Source of the DNA: Macrostomum lignano
Taxonomy: Eukaryota
Direction: 5' to 3'
Assembly: GCA_002269645.1 (NCBI GenBank)
Contig: NIVC01000762.1
Location: 224,638-288,637, forward strand
DNA length: 64,000 bases
A program made the translations under genes and the position numbers. Positions 8,979-20,989 of this stretch are shown here, piece by piece; the stretch's first letter is position 1, and every line of letters starts with the position of its first letter. Below the pieces are notes generated by a model. That model made no database searches and had not been told where the DNA came from. It saw only the letters and a list, made by a program, of their open reading frames with translations.

Positions 8979-11900
8979 TCACTTCACAAGTGGCTTCTGC
9001 TGAGCAATCAAAGCTCGCAGGGCAGCCACGTTGTTCTCGCCGACTCCTGAAAAGTCAATTCCTTCCCGTAGACAGGCTCCCCTGAGCTCGCCTTCGTCCA
9101 TCACACTGACGGGATCCAGCTTTTGTTTGTTCACCAGCGATACAAGGTACTCAATGTAGTGCTTCTCGCACAGGTTCGCCTGGCCCGGTTTCACATCGAC
9201 ACCGCACGGCTCATCCTTCAAACCGTTTGCAACTTCCTTCTGCTCCATCACTTCGCATTTGTCAACTGGGTTCTCAGCTTCGCTCTCGAACTCCACCTTG
9301 TGTAAATTCAGCAGCCGCTGCAGCCGGTCCACTCCAAAGTCTCTAAGGTAAAAGAGACAGTCTCTCGGGTGTTTGCAACTCAGGCCTCTGCCGTGAATAA
9401 TTGTATGCTCGCCGTCACAGTCTGCGCAGAATTTAAAGCGGCACATTCGGCAGGTAAAGTGCAGAGAACCACCCTTTGCTAAGGCGTACTGGAAGCGACA
9501 ATTAGGACATTCAATGCCATTGGCTTGTAGAAAAAATCCAACACCTTTCTCCTGATATTCTGGATCATTGTCCATCAGCCACTTCTCAAACTGGTCGCAG
9601 TCAATGCCTTCATGCTGATCTTTCCACGGCTTTTTGCACTCTTTGCAGGTAAAGGCCTCACAATTAGGACATTGGAACTTTAAACCGATCATGATGTCTC
9701 CGAGAACCATTCCAAAGCCACAGCTGCTGCACCAGCGAAAGTTTGGATCTCGAAAAAGATTCCACTCTGTGATCTTCTTCTCGACAAGATCAACAACGTT
9801 TTCATCAAATTTATATTCAGATTGTTTAAAGCCTTGTATCTGTTTGATCTGTGGCAGAAGAATTCCGAAATGGCTTTCAAACTCCTCTATTTGATTTGCA
9901 TTGGGTACTTGGCACATTGGGCAACAAAGATCTGTGACATGCCCGCCACCTGTCATAGCCGTTGCTACGAAGTTACGAAAGCACTCGTGGCACAACTCAC
10001 ACTGGCATGAAGCCATTGGTAATAACTTGTGCTTTGGAAACTTATCAAAACAGCAACTGCACTCGCACTGCAAGTAACTTTTCACGAAGTCAACATAATC
10101 GCACCTGTTATTGCTGCCCTTTGCAGCCTCTGCAAGGTCGTAAAGATCGCGGCCCTTAAACTCGCTGTTTTGCATAAGCTGAAAAAGTATTTTAGCATCG
10201 CTAATCTTTCTTAAGTCGAACTCTACCATCAGAGAGCGAAGGGAGGCCTCACTTTCATTCACTTTTTCATTTTCAGCTTGAATATTAGTTTTGAAATCAC
10301 CGTCAAAAAGCTGTTTCTCTCTTTGCTTTTGCTCTCCCACACGTTGCTCTGTCCAACTGAGTTCGGTAGTCTGTGCGCAAGCAGAGCAAATTCCAAGCCT
10401 AGTTTCTGGCTGCGACGGAGCCGGGTTGACCAGCGTGCAGTGCTTGCAGACCCAGCTGCCATCACGTTGAGATGTGTTTTTTTGGAAATTTGGAGAGGCT
10501 ACTTTTGACGGAACATTTGTTGCATGATTTTCATGTAGTTGCCGATTCTGTTCTTTCTGCTGCTCTCTCAGCTGTCGCTCTCTCTCACGTTGCTCTCTCT
10601 GCTGGTGCTCTCTCTGGTGTTGCTCTCGCTCAAGTAGCTCTTTCTCGCGCTCTCTCTCCCATTGCTCTCTCTGCTGCTGCTGAAGGCTACTGAGATATTT
10701 TCTGTGCTGCTCATAAAGATCATTTGGCCTATCTTCACCTTCAAATTGACTCTGCACATTCACATCCAAAAAGAAATTCTCTTGCTGGTTCTGCTGCTGC
10801 TCTCTCAGCTTCTTCTTCTTGCCCCGCATGGCGCTGGCCAGGGCTTCCTTGAGGTGCGACTCGCACAGACCCGCCTCCATCACCGGCCTCCCGCACTCCG
10901 AGTCCTCCAGACCGCCTCCTGACGTCTCCTTCTGCTCCTGGACGCTGCACCGACCTCCAGCGCCCGCCACTCCGACAAGCTCCAGCTCAACGCCCCGATC
11001 CAGCGCCGTCTGCCGAACCTTCTCCAACGGCCAGTCTCTGAACGTCTCCACGCACTCCGACCCGTGGTGGCAGTGCAGTCCCTTGTTCCCGCCGCAGCAC
11101 TCCTGTCGAACAAACAGACTGCCGCAGTCGCTGCAGAACTCTGCCTTGCACTGCCTGCACGTCAGGTGAAGACAGCCGCCTCGAGACAGCTCGAACTGGA
11201 AGCCGCACTTTGGACACGAGCTGCCCCGACTCTCCAGGAACTGCGCCAGTCCGCGCTCGCTCAAGTCCGTCTGCTGACGCCACTCGCCGAACTGCTGGCA
11301 GCTCACGCCTCGGTGCCGCTCGTGCCACGCCTTGCCGCACTTCCTGCACGTCTCCTTGCCGCAGTGCGGGCACCGCACCTGCCTGTCGTGGTGCTCCGAC
11401 ACCTCGAAACCGTTCGAGCACCCGCTGCACCAGCAGAAGTTGTCCGTCAGCTTCAGTCGCCAGTCGCGCAGTCTCTCATCCAGCTTCTTCATCACTGCGG
11501 GCTTCAGCTGGCCCGCCAGCAACCTCTGCAGCAGCGGAAACTCGCACGACGTGTCCGTCAGAGCTCGGTCGTCCAGCTTGTCGCACACCGGACACGTCAG
11601 CACCGACACCGAGCTGTCGTGCATCAGGCGCACCTCGATCTGCTGGCACAGACAGTCGCTGCAGACCTCGCAGCCGCACAGGGGAACCTCGACCAGCTTC
11701 TTGTCGTCGGTGCACACCGGGCACTCTTTGCTAACAGTAGTTTTCGTTGGAGCTGCTTTAGAGTTTCGAACAGAAATTGTTGTGAGTGACGATTTTTTAA
11801 CTGGCCGATTTTGCTTATGATGCAGCATACCTCGAGTAGCACTTTGAGTAGGGTAAAACGGCTTCAAACTCCTAGTGAAAATGTCATCCGCTTCTACAGC

Positions 11901-12296
11901 GTCCGGGTCATGCTCTTCGCCTATGCGTCTTCGAAGACCCGAGGAGCTGCTTGTCTCGCTCATCCGTGTCCTCGAAAGTCGCTGAAACATACCAATGCTG
12001 AAAGGTTCGGCTGCTGCATCCGTTTCGGGGTCTCGCAAACTCCACGAATCACGGACTGCATCGTGAGAACTTTGTTCATGGTGTTGATCTTTACGAAGCT
12101 TTGGCTTGGGTGCCCGTTCAAGATGCTGTGCTCTCTGCTGTCGCTGGTTCAGATCCAGAAGCTCCTGACAAGAGACTGACTTGGAACACACGCTGCAGAT
12201 GATGCGGCTTTTAGGATTGGAAGTGTCGCACATTGCCGAGTTAATAAATGTGCAGTGCTGGCATTGCCACTCAATGTTTTGACTAGCTGATGCCAT
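8979..12296 (-). CDS. HOIP-like paralog 3: tandem double-RBR protein (NZF, intact RBR-LDD A, QRE linker, NZF, HOIP-derived RBR-LDD with catalytic Cys->Ser)
   Basis: Uninterrupted 1105-aa ORF. The first RING2 reads GGCLHL. The second reads GGSLHF (codon TCT at 9465-9467 versus TGT at 29635-29637 in the canonical gene). Confidence 0.9.
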   Translation of the reverse strand: MASASQNIEWQCQHCTFINSAMCDTSNPKSRIICSVCSKSVSCQELLDLNQRQQRAQHLERAPKPKLRKDQHHEQSSHDAVRDSWSLRDPETDAAAEPFSIGMFQRLSRTRMSETSSSSGLRRRIGEEHDPDAVEADDIFTRSLKPFYPTQSATRGMLHHKQNRPVKKSSLTTISVRNSKAAPTKTTVSKECPVCTDDKKLVEVPLCGCEVCSDCLCQQIEVRLMHDSSVSVLTCPVCDKLDDRALTDTSCEFPLLQRLLAGQLKPAVMKKLDERLRDWRLKLTDNFCWCSGCSNGFEVSEHHDRQVRCPHCGKETCRKCGKAWHERHRGVSCQQFGEWRQQTDLSERGLAQFLESRGSSCPKCGFQFELSRGGCLHLTCRQCKAEFCSDCGSLFVRQECCGGNKGLHCHHGSECVETFRDWPLEKVRQTALDRGVELELVGVAGAGGRCSVQEQKETSGGGLEDSECGRPVMEAGLCESHLKEALASAMRGKKKKLREQQQNQQENFFLDVNVQSQFEGEDRPNDLYEQHRKYLSSLQQQQREQWEREREKELLEREQHQREHQQREQRERERQLREQQKEQNRQLHENHATNVPSKVASPNFQKNTSQRDGSWVCKHCTLVNPAPSQPETRLGICSACAQTTELSWTEQRVGEQKQREKQLFDGDFKTNIQAENEKVNESEASLRSLMVEFDLRKISDAKILFQLMQNSEFKGRDLYDLAEAAKGSNNRCDYVDFVKSYLQCECSCCFDKFPKHKLLPMASCQCELCHECFRNFVATAMTGGGHVTDLCCPMCQVPNANQIEEFESHFGILLPQIKQIQGFKQSEYKFDENVVDLVEKKITEWNLFRDPNFRWCSSCGFGMVLGDIMIGLKFQCPNCEAFTCKECKKPWKDQHEGIDCDQFEKWLMDNDPEYQEKGVGFFLQANGIECPNCRFQYALAKGGSLHFTCRMCRFKFCADCDGEHTIIHGRGLSCKHPRDCLFYLRDFGVDRLQRLLNLHKVEFESEAENPVDKCEVMEQKEVANGLKDEPCGVDVKPGQANLCEKHYIEYLVSLVNKQKLDPVSVMDEGELRGACLREGIDFSGVGENNVAALRALIAQQKPLVK

Positions 12297-13014
12297 GCGA
12301 GTTGGTGCTGCAAGCCTACAGGCCTTTGCTGCAATGAGTTCATTTAAACAAAATGTAGCTAATTTAGAATTAAAAGGGTCATCAGCAAAAGAAAAATGTT
12401 GGAAAAAGTATTTAATTATGAATGTCTAAAATTAAGAGCAACTCAAAAATATCATTGCAATATGATATAATCTAGCCATATAAGATCATACTCATTAAAC
12501 GTACTTGTAGATACTATTAGATTATACATGAAGATACTTTTTAAGCTGAAAAAGCGCCGGATATTTACTTTTTTCAGTAGCAAACTTAGCTTTTCCTGCT
12601 GCTATCTAATTCAATAGCGAGTGGCATATCTAGTGATTTTAGCAGCTTTAAGTAAGCGTGGCAACTAGGCACTAGTTAAATATTTTAATAAATTTACTAT
12701 ATAGGTAAAACTTGAAAATAAGAAAAAATATCTAGGATTCGCAACGCAATGTGAAGACAATGGAAAGTCTCAATAGTATATTTAAAAAATGTTCAATTAT
12801 AATAAAAACGTACACACAGTGAGTACGAGCTATATACCGGTAAACACTCAGCAACCTGTCAAAGATTCCATCCCGAAACCTGTGATACAGCTTATCAAAT
12901 CTCAGCTTTAAGTGACGCAATCTACACTAAGCCCGAGCAGTTTTCGTCTGAACTTTGTGTGAAGCAGTTTGCGTCACAATTGGCCCCAGCTGAGGCTGGT
13001 GAGGAGAGATTGCG

Positions 13015-13368
13015 CTAGTTATGGCTAGTCTAGTCTAGTTATGGCTAGTCTAGTCTAGTTATGGCTAGTCTAGTCTAGTTATGGCTAGTCTAGTCTAGTT
13101 ATGGCTAGTCTAGTCTAGTTATGGCTAGTCTAGTCTAGTTATGGCTAGTCTAGTCTAGTTATGGCTAGTCTAGTCTAGTTATGGCTAGTCTAGTCTAGTT
13201 ATGGCTAGTCTAGTCTAGTTATGGCTAGTCTAGTCTAGTTATGGCTAGTCTAGTCTAGTTATGGCTAGTCTAGTCTAGTTATGGCTAGTCTAGTCTAGTT
13301 ATGGCTAGTCTAGTCTAGTTATGGCTAGTCTAGTCTAGTTATGGCTAGTCTAGTCTAGTTATGGCTAG
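13015..13368. repeat. 20-bp minisatellite (atggctagtctagtctagtt) x17
   Basis: Perfect tandem units from 13021 to 13360. Confidence 0.97.
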
Positions 13369-14664
13369 ACTTGGATTAAAGCTGCTACTAATTGTTGACG
13401 GCTGGTTTCCGGGTGGAAACTTTAACATGCTGCTGGGTGTACTTTAGCGATTAAAGAGTTACTGGAGAAAACCTACTGTTATGAAAGCGAAGACAAAATA
13501 CGGCTTGCCCAATTCTAGACAAAAGGCTTTTGAACAATCATACTTATAACAAAACAAAAAGTTAATACCAAAACCAATAAAAGCTGATTAACATTGCCAT
13601 CGAAATCGATGTAAAAAGGAATCAATGCTGACTTAGAAGTTACCTCCTACTCGTAGTGCGAGTACGAGTAGGTGTGACAAGTGCGAAATCGGACCTTTAT
13701 TTGATTTGATGTCGGTGTGAACAATAATTTAAATCTTTTGACAAGCAAACTTAAAGATAAAAGCAATCGAAATATAGATTTAAATAAAGCAGTCGAAAAA
13801 TCTTTTCACGAAAATTTCATACGAATTTCCTAAGCTTGTTAGTGACAATTGAATGTCTTCAAAATACACTGCAAATCAATTAAGCATACAAGAATTTACT
13901 ATTCAGTGTCTCCAGTTAAAAACATGAATTGATTGCTTGCTTAAGTTCATTCATTTTATTGCAATATTTCATGAAACCAGCTTAAAATCGAACCTAATTG
14001 TTTCCGCAGTAATTGACTCAAATGTAATTAATTGTGCACCTGCAAATTTCGTGCTACACAAAAAGAAAGGACACTGAAACAACGAGAAATAAATTAAAAA
14101 TGAAATACGAGTATATAATAAAAACTTAAACAATTCTTTTGACACGTGTAAGTCTGTACCGTCAAAAAGTCAGCTCGTCAAAAAGTTCCTCGATTTTTTC
14201 TAGCAAGCAGTTTCTGCCTACACTGCTCACTTTGGCAAGTGACTTTTATCTACTTGTCGAAACTTGTCTCTGCCGATGCTCTTACTGCTTGAGCAGCTAG
14301 ATGCATTGTGCGCTGAAACTTACAAGAAATAACTTTTGTCTTAAATTAAGACAGAAACTCGGCCGCAAGTGACGCCCGCCCCTCCCTCACAGAGCGAAGA
14401 CAAAGCCCCTGGCTAGAGGAAGAGGCGAATAAAACGCACGCACAGTACACATAGGTGTCCCGGCGAAAGCAAAGTGACTCGTTCAATAAAAAACACACAT
14501 GCTTTGCCTATGATAGTACCATCAAATACTTCCTCGAGAAACCACCTACATCACCACCTATCGATCATGAGCATTTTTAGATTTTTTGTACAATGGCGAT
14601 TTAAAAACAAACGCTAGAGCCGTGGAAGGAATGAACAGCTCGACTAACTTGCTCAATTTTACGT

Positions 14665-16497
14665 TTACACCATAGCTTCTTCGTCTTCGCTAAGTGGCAA
14701 CATTTCCTTCAGCCGTTCGCGGTAAATACTCGTTTTTTCTCTCGCAGCAGAAGCAGGGTAGGAGGCTTTGACTTTTGGCAGGGCCAAACCAAACCTTCTG
14801 AACATCTCCAGCAACTCATTCTCACTGGCAACATCCACCAAATCGAGTTTGTTTGCATTGATGAGCTGAATTAGACACTCACGGTAGTGCCTGTCGCATA
14901 TACCTGGGTTTTTATAAGTAACTTTTTCGGCACAAGGACAGACTTTCAGCTTTCCGTCCATCTTCAAATCGGGAAGCTCACAACCTTTGCCAAACTTTGA
15001 GCATACGTCGCTCACTTTGACCTTATTTCTCCTCAGCAAATCAAGTAGAGTCGTCTGTTTTACATGCTTCAAATTAAAGAAGCACTGGCGATAGTGGTGC
15101 ACATGAAGTCCTTTAATTTGGCAGTCTTCGTGAGGTCCAATCTGACGGCTTTGACAAAATGGACAGAATGAATTTCTGCAACTACAGTGAAACACAAAAA
15201 CGCCAGACTTGGACACACGCTGATAGCAATGACTACATTTTGGGCAAACCAAATGAAAAGTCAGAAGCTTCATCATCTGATCGTACAGCCTTTTGTCAGT
15301 AGACGAGTGACCTTGGTTCTGAGCAGCTATGTGCATTTTGTTATAATATTTTTGATGAATACCTTCTGCATGCTTCCGATAACTGCCGCAGTCCATCCGA
15401 TGGTGAACAACCCAGAAGCCGAAGCATTTCTTGCAGACATCCTGTTTGCAAAGTTTGCAGTGACTGTCGGATTGTCAAGTGCCCATTTTCGGTAGTCCAA
15501 TATTTCCATGGGGACAATAACCATTCGAAGTAACAACTGGAACTGTCGAGACATGTTTTGAAGATTTTGAGTTTTTTTTCCTTTCCTGTCTGGGGCTTCG
15601 ACCACTTCCCAACCTTCGTCGATATTTTGGCTTGAATTACCTCCAAGCACAAGGACTTCAAGGCGTGCCACTGCATACTCCACAGTGTCAGAGCCAAGCA
15701 CATCCTCCATTTCCATCAGCTGCATCCTCATGAAATCCAGACTGTCTTCATCGTCGCACGCCACCTGGCAGACAGGGCACTGAATTCTGCTGCTTTTCAG
15801 ATCAACAAGGAATTTCTCAAAGCACTCTGGACACATTTGGCACTCGCAAGCTGCCATGGCAACAAGTTTGTGACGTGGCAACTCATTCGAACAGCGGCTG
15901 CACTTTCGAAGCAGTTGGCTCATCAGACGATCAGAGCATCGTCTTCGAACGCCAGCCCGCCACACGACTCAATCGCCACTGCGAGGTCCGATTCGGAAAA
16001 AAAGTTTAAACTTGGGCATACTTTTGACAACCAAAACTCTCTCTGCTACCCAGTCTTCCACTCTGAGATGCAAAGCCAGGTTTTGAGCTCTATCGGACCA
16101 TTCGATAGAATCGCTTCCTGCCGCTCCGACTGCAGCACGGCGGCTGCTGTGGCTGCGGAGGTCAGCATGGACGCTGCAGCAGCGGCTTCACTGCGAGCGA
16201 CTGCGCCTCCTTTAGTGGTTCCACCACTGAGTTCGGTAGTCTGTGCGCAAGCAGAGCAAATCCCAAGCCCAGTTTCTGGCTGCGATGGAGCCGGGTTCAC
16301 CAGCGTGCAGTGATTGCAGACCCACCTGCCGTTGCTTTGAGAATTGTTTTCTTGGAAATTTTGAGAGGTTACATTTGAAGGAACATTTGTTGCATGATGT
16401 CAATGTAGTTGCCGATTCTGTTCTTGCTGTTGCTCTCTCTGCTGCTGCTCTCTTTGCTGTTGCTCACTCTGCTGCTGCTCACTCTGCTGCTGCTCAC

Positions 16498-16532
<35 letters not shown>

Positions 16533-19500
16533 CTCTCTCGCGTTGTTCTCTCTGCTGTTGCTCTTGCTGCTTTTTCTCTCTCTCACGTTGCTCTCTCTGC
16601 TGTTGCTCTCTCAGCTGTTGCTCTCTCTGCTGTTGCTCTCTCAGCTGTTGCTCTCTCTGCTGTTGCTCTCTTTTCTGCTGCTCTCTCTGCTGTTGCTCTC
16701 TCTGCTGTTGCTCTCTCTGCTGTTGCTCTCTCTGCTGCTGCTCTCTCTGCTGCTGCTCTTTCTGCTGTTGCTCTCTCTGCTGTTGCTCTCTCTGCTGTTT
16801 CTCTCTCTGCTTTCGCTCTCTCTCACGTTGCTCTCTCTGCTGTTTCTCTCTCTGTTTTTGTTCTTTCTGCTGTTTCTCTCTCTGCTGTTGCTCTCTCTGC
16901 AGCTGTTTTTCTCTCTGCTATTGTTCTTTCTGCTGTTGCTCTCTCTGCTTTCGCTCTCTCTCACGTTGCTCTCTCTGCTGTTTCTCTCTGTTTTTGTTCT
17001 TTCTGCTGTTTCTCTCTCTGCTGTTGCTCTCTCTGCAGCTGTTTCTCTCTCTGCTTTTGTTCTTTCTGCTGTTGCTCTCTCTGCTTTCGCTCTCTCTCAC
17101 GTTGCTCTCTATGCTTTTGCTCTCTCTGCTGTTGCTCTCTCTGCTTTCGCTCTCCTTCGTTGGCGGAGCCGTCCGTCCATGCCGTGATCCCGATCTCCAG
17201 GGCCGCTCTGGCTTGTTCTTCTGCTGCTGCTCTCTGCAAAAAATCGCTTCCTGCCGCTCCGACTGCAGCACTGGCGGCTGCTGTGGCTGCGGAGGTCAGC
17301 ATGGACGCTGCAGCAGCGGCTTCACTGTGAACGACTGCGCCTCCTTTAGTGGCGCTACCACTGAGTTTGGTAATGTATGCGCAAGCAGAGCAAATTACAA
17401 GCCCAGTTTTTTGCTGCGATGGAGCCGGGTTCACCAACGTGCAGTGATTGCAGATCCAGCTGCCTTTGCTTTGAGAATTGTTTTCTTGGAAATTTTGAGA
17501 GGTTACATTTGAAGGAACATTTGTTGCATGATGTCAATGTAGTTGCCGATTCTGTTCTTGCTGTTGCTCTCTCTGCTGCTGCTCTCTTTGCTGTTGCTCT
17601 CTCTGCTGCTGCTCTCTTTGCTGTTGCTCTCTCTGCTGTTGCTCTCTCTGCTGTTTCTCTCTCTGCTTTCGCTCTCTCTCACGTTGCTCTCTCTGCTGTT
17701 TCTCTCTCTGTTTTTGTTCTTTCTGCTGTTTCTCTCTCTGCTGTTGCTCTCTCTGCAGCTGTTTCTCTCTCTGCTTTTGTTCTTTCTGCTGTTGCTCTCT
17801 CTGCTTTCGCTCTCTCTCACGTTGCTCTCTATGCTTTTGCTCTCTCTGCTGTTGCTCTCTCTGCTTTCGCTCTCTCTGCTTTCGCTCTCCTTCGTTGGCG
17901 GAGCCGTCCGTCCATGCCGTGATCCCGATCTCCAGGGCCGCTCTGGCTTGTTCTTCTGCTGCTGCTCTCTGCAAAAAATCGCTTCCTGCCGCTCCGACTG
18001 CAGCACTGGCGGCTGCTGTGGCTGCGGAGGTCAGCATGGACGCTGCAGCAGCGGCTTCACTGTGAACGACTGTGCCTCCTTTAGTGGCGCTACCACTGAG
18101 TTTGGTAATGTATGCGCATGCAGAGCAAATTACAAGCCCAGTTTTTTGCTGCGATGGAGCCGGGTTCACCAACGTGCAGTGATTGCAGATCCAGCTGCCT
18201 TTGCTTTGAGAATTGTTTTCTTGGAAATTTTGAGAGGTTACATTTGAAGGAACATTCGTTGCATGATCTCCATGTAGTTGCCGATTCTGTTCTTGCTGTT
18301 GCTCTCTCTGCTGCTGCTCTCTCTGCTGTTGCTCACTCTGCTGCTGCTCACTCTGCTGCTGCTCACTCTGCTGCTGCTCTCTCTGCTGTTGCTCTCTTTG
18401 CTGTTGCTCTCTCTGCTGCTGCTCTCTCTCACGTTGCTCTCTCTGCTGCTGCTCTCTTTGCTGTTGCTCTCTCTGCTGCTGCTCTCTTTGCTGTTGCTCA
18501 CTCTGCTGCTTCTCTCTCTGCTGCTGCTCTCTCTGCTGCTGCTCTCTTTGCAGTTTCTCTCTCTGTTGCTGCTCTCTCTGCGGTTGCTCTCTCTGCTGTT
18601 GCTCTCTCAGCTGGTCTCTCAGCTGTTCTTCTCTCTCCTGTTGCTCTCTCAGCTGGTCTTTCAGCTGTTCTTCTCTCTCCTGTTGCTCTCTCAGCTGGTC
18701 TTTCAGCTGTTCTTCTCTCTCCTGTTGCTCTCTCAGCTGGTCTCTCAGCTGTTCTTCTCTCTCCTGTTGCTCTCTCAGCTGGTCTTTCAGCTGTTCTTCT
18801 CTCTCCTGTTGCTCTCTCAGCTGGTCTTTCAGCTGTTCTTCTCTCTCCTGTTGCTCTCTCAGCTGGTCTCTCAGCTGTTCTTCTCTCTCCTGTTGCTCTC
18901 TCAGCTGGTCTTTCAGCTGTTCTTCTCTCTCCTGTTGCTCTCTCAGCTGGTCTCTCAGCTGTTCTTCTCTCTCCTGTTGCTCTCTCAGCTGGTCTCTCAG
19001 CTGTTCTTCTCTCTCCTGTTCCTCTCTCTGGTGCTGGTCGCTCTGTTGCTGCTCCAACATCTGCAGCAGTCTCGCCGCCTCATCATTACCTAGCTGAGAC
19101 TCCAGCTCGTACACAAGAATCATGGTCGTGTTTCGAGCTACATGGTCTCCAGACCAGGCCACTCCACACACCGGACACTCCAGCTGCCCTGGCATTCCGG
19201 ACAGGAAGCTGCAGAAACAGCCACAGCACAGCTCGCACTCGCACGTCGCCATGTGAAACAGCTTGTGACGCGGCATCTGCTTTGAGCACTTGCAACACTG
19301 GCTTCTCAAGTGCGCTAACAGAGCTACCACATCATCGCAAGCCTTCCCACAAGACTGGATGGAGTCAATGAGGTCAGTATCGGAGAAGTCCTTGAACTCC
19401 CTAAGCTGCTTCACTTCCTGGAGTCGCTCGGTCAGCCAGGTGTCGCAGCGACGCTGGGCCTGAGGCGGCGGCGGCAGCACCTCGACTCGGTGATTCTCAA

Positions 19501-19627
19501 CGCTGTGCCAGTTGGTGTGGCAGGACTCGCAGATCAGTTGGAAGCCGCAGCCGGCCTCCAGGCACCGGATTGAGGCGCCTGGGCGGCCGCAGATGAGGCA
19601 GCGCTCGGCGAGCACTCGGTGAGCCAT
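14665..19627 (-). pseudogene. HOIP-like paralog 4: B-box, RING1, QRE repeats, three NZF modules and a dead RBR-LDD (type C); multiply disrupted
   Basis: ATG at 19627 (MAHRVLAERCLICG..CESCHTNWH). In-frame TGA at 17534-17536 and 16400-16402, TAG at 16918. Frameshifts near 16980, 16135, 16010, 15925 (8-bp insertion) and 15575 relative to the intact copy at 3111-4835. Confidence 0.75.
18595..19030 (-). repeat. Coding 42-bp tandem repeat (EQQEREEQL[RK]DQLR) in paralog 4
   Basis: About 10 near-perfect 14-aa units, followed by 15-bp QREQQ units. Confidence 0.88.
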
Positions 19628-20989
19628 GCGTTGCACAACCAAGTTTGCTTGTTGGTCAGGAGCGCTGCTGAAATTGAAAAAGGTTAGGAGCTTTGTACTC
19701 AATCGAGAGCAACTGTGGATTGACAAGTTTGAGTAATCTAGCTACGAGAGCATAAACTAAAGAGAAACAAAGTGATCTCTAGAGGGTTTTTTCGAGAAAT
19801 ATTCAGGTAGGGTGTTGATTTCTAGGCGATATGAAGAATTAATAAGTAAATAATAAATATTAAAGTCAATAAATATTTCAACGCATTTAGCACTTTGAGA
19901 TGAATTGTCGAGTTTATTTGGCAACGAAAAAGAACAAAGTTTTGGTATTCCCACTGGGGAAACCAAAGTCAGCTGTTTACCCTAAAGGCTAAGGAGCAAT
20001 TTAAACCATCTGCAATACAAAATCATCTCATTCAGTATGATACGGTAAGTGCTGTAGTTGTAAACCAGAAAAGTGCTAAAAAATCTACAAATGCCAATTA
20101 GACTACAAACTCACTAATCATTAAAGTTCTGCCTAAGCTCGCCTAGCCTCAACACCCAGCCCTAGCACAGTGGCGCAGGTCACGTCCTCCGTATTATCTG
20201 AGAGTTGCACTACTGTATTCGTGCCTGTCCATGCTTTTAACCTGTTAATGTGCATTGATTGTTTTCTACCTTTACCAAAACTATTGATTTTTCACGACCC
20301 TTTCATTACGATTTAGTTTTTTTAAAAACTGAGTTTTGATACCGCATCACACAGTGAACCATAATTTGAAGTTGAGAAAAGAACAAAAACAAAAACGTTT
20401 CGTACCTTATAAATTAACACTTCAGCAAAACGCTTTAACAGCAAAACATTAAAATCTGGAGTATCTTAATAATGAAAAACAAAGACTATATGGATACAGC
20501 ACAGCTATCTTTGTCTTGAATCATACATTTAAATTTAAGGTAAATATCACGTTTATAAAATATAATACCATTGTATAAAATCACAGAGAATATTTTGGTA
20601 TATTCTGTGTTGAAAAACGGAATAATTGAACTTTTTGTTTACAAAAACAACTCAGCATTGAATCACTCAAATTTGGTTGGAACAAATCCATCACATTTCT
20701 CAATGCAGTGTTGGAAGCCCTGTACTCGACAGGAGTTCTAGTCGAGTCCTGCGTAGACTGTAGGCCTTCCCTAGATTTCGATCTGAAAGGGTGAAGTTTT
20801 TCGCGCTAAGAAATATTGTCTTACTCTACATGACACAATTAAATAAAACTTCTATGGTGTAATCTATTGTCCGCCCTACTCGTCAAGTTGCTATACAGCA
20901 ACAATCAATGAAAATGCATAATCAAACAAAAGCTGAGGATACGACCAGCCAATAATAGGAAGCAGTGGTGTACACCGCAAAACACTGAA

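Noticed and set aside
13015-13368. CRISPR-like array
   Set aside because: Units are contiguous with no unique spacers, in a eukaryotic context; the same applies to the other tandem repeats.
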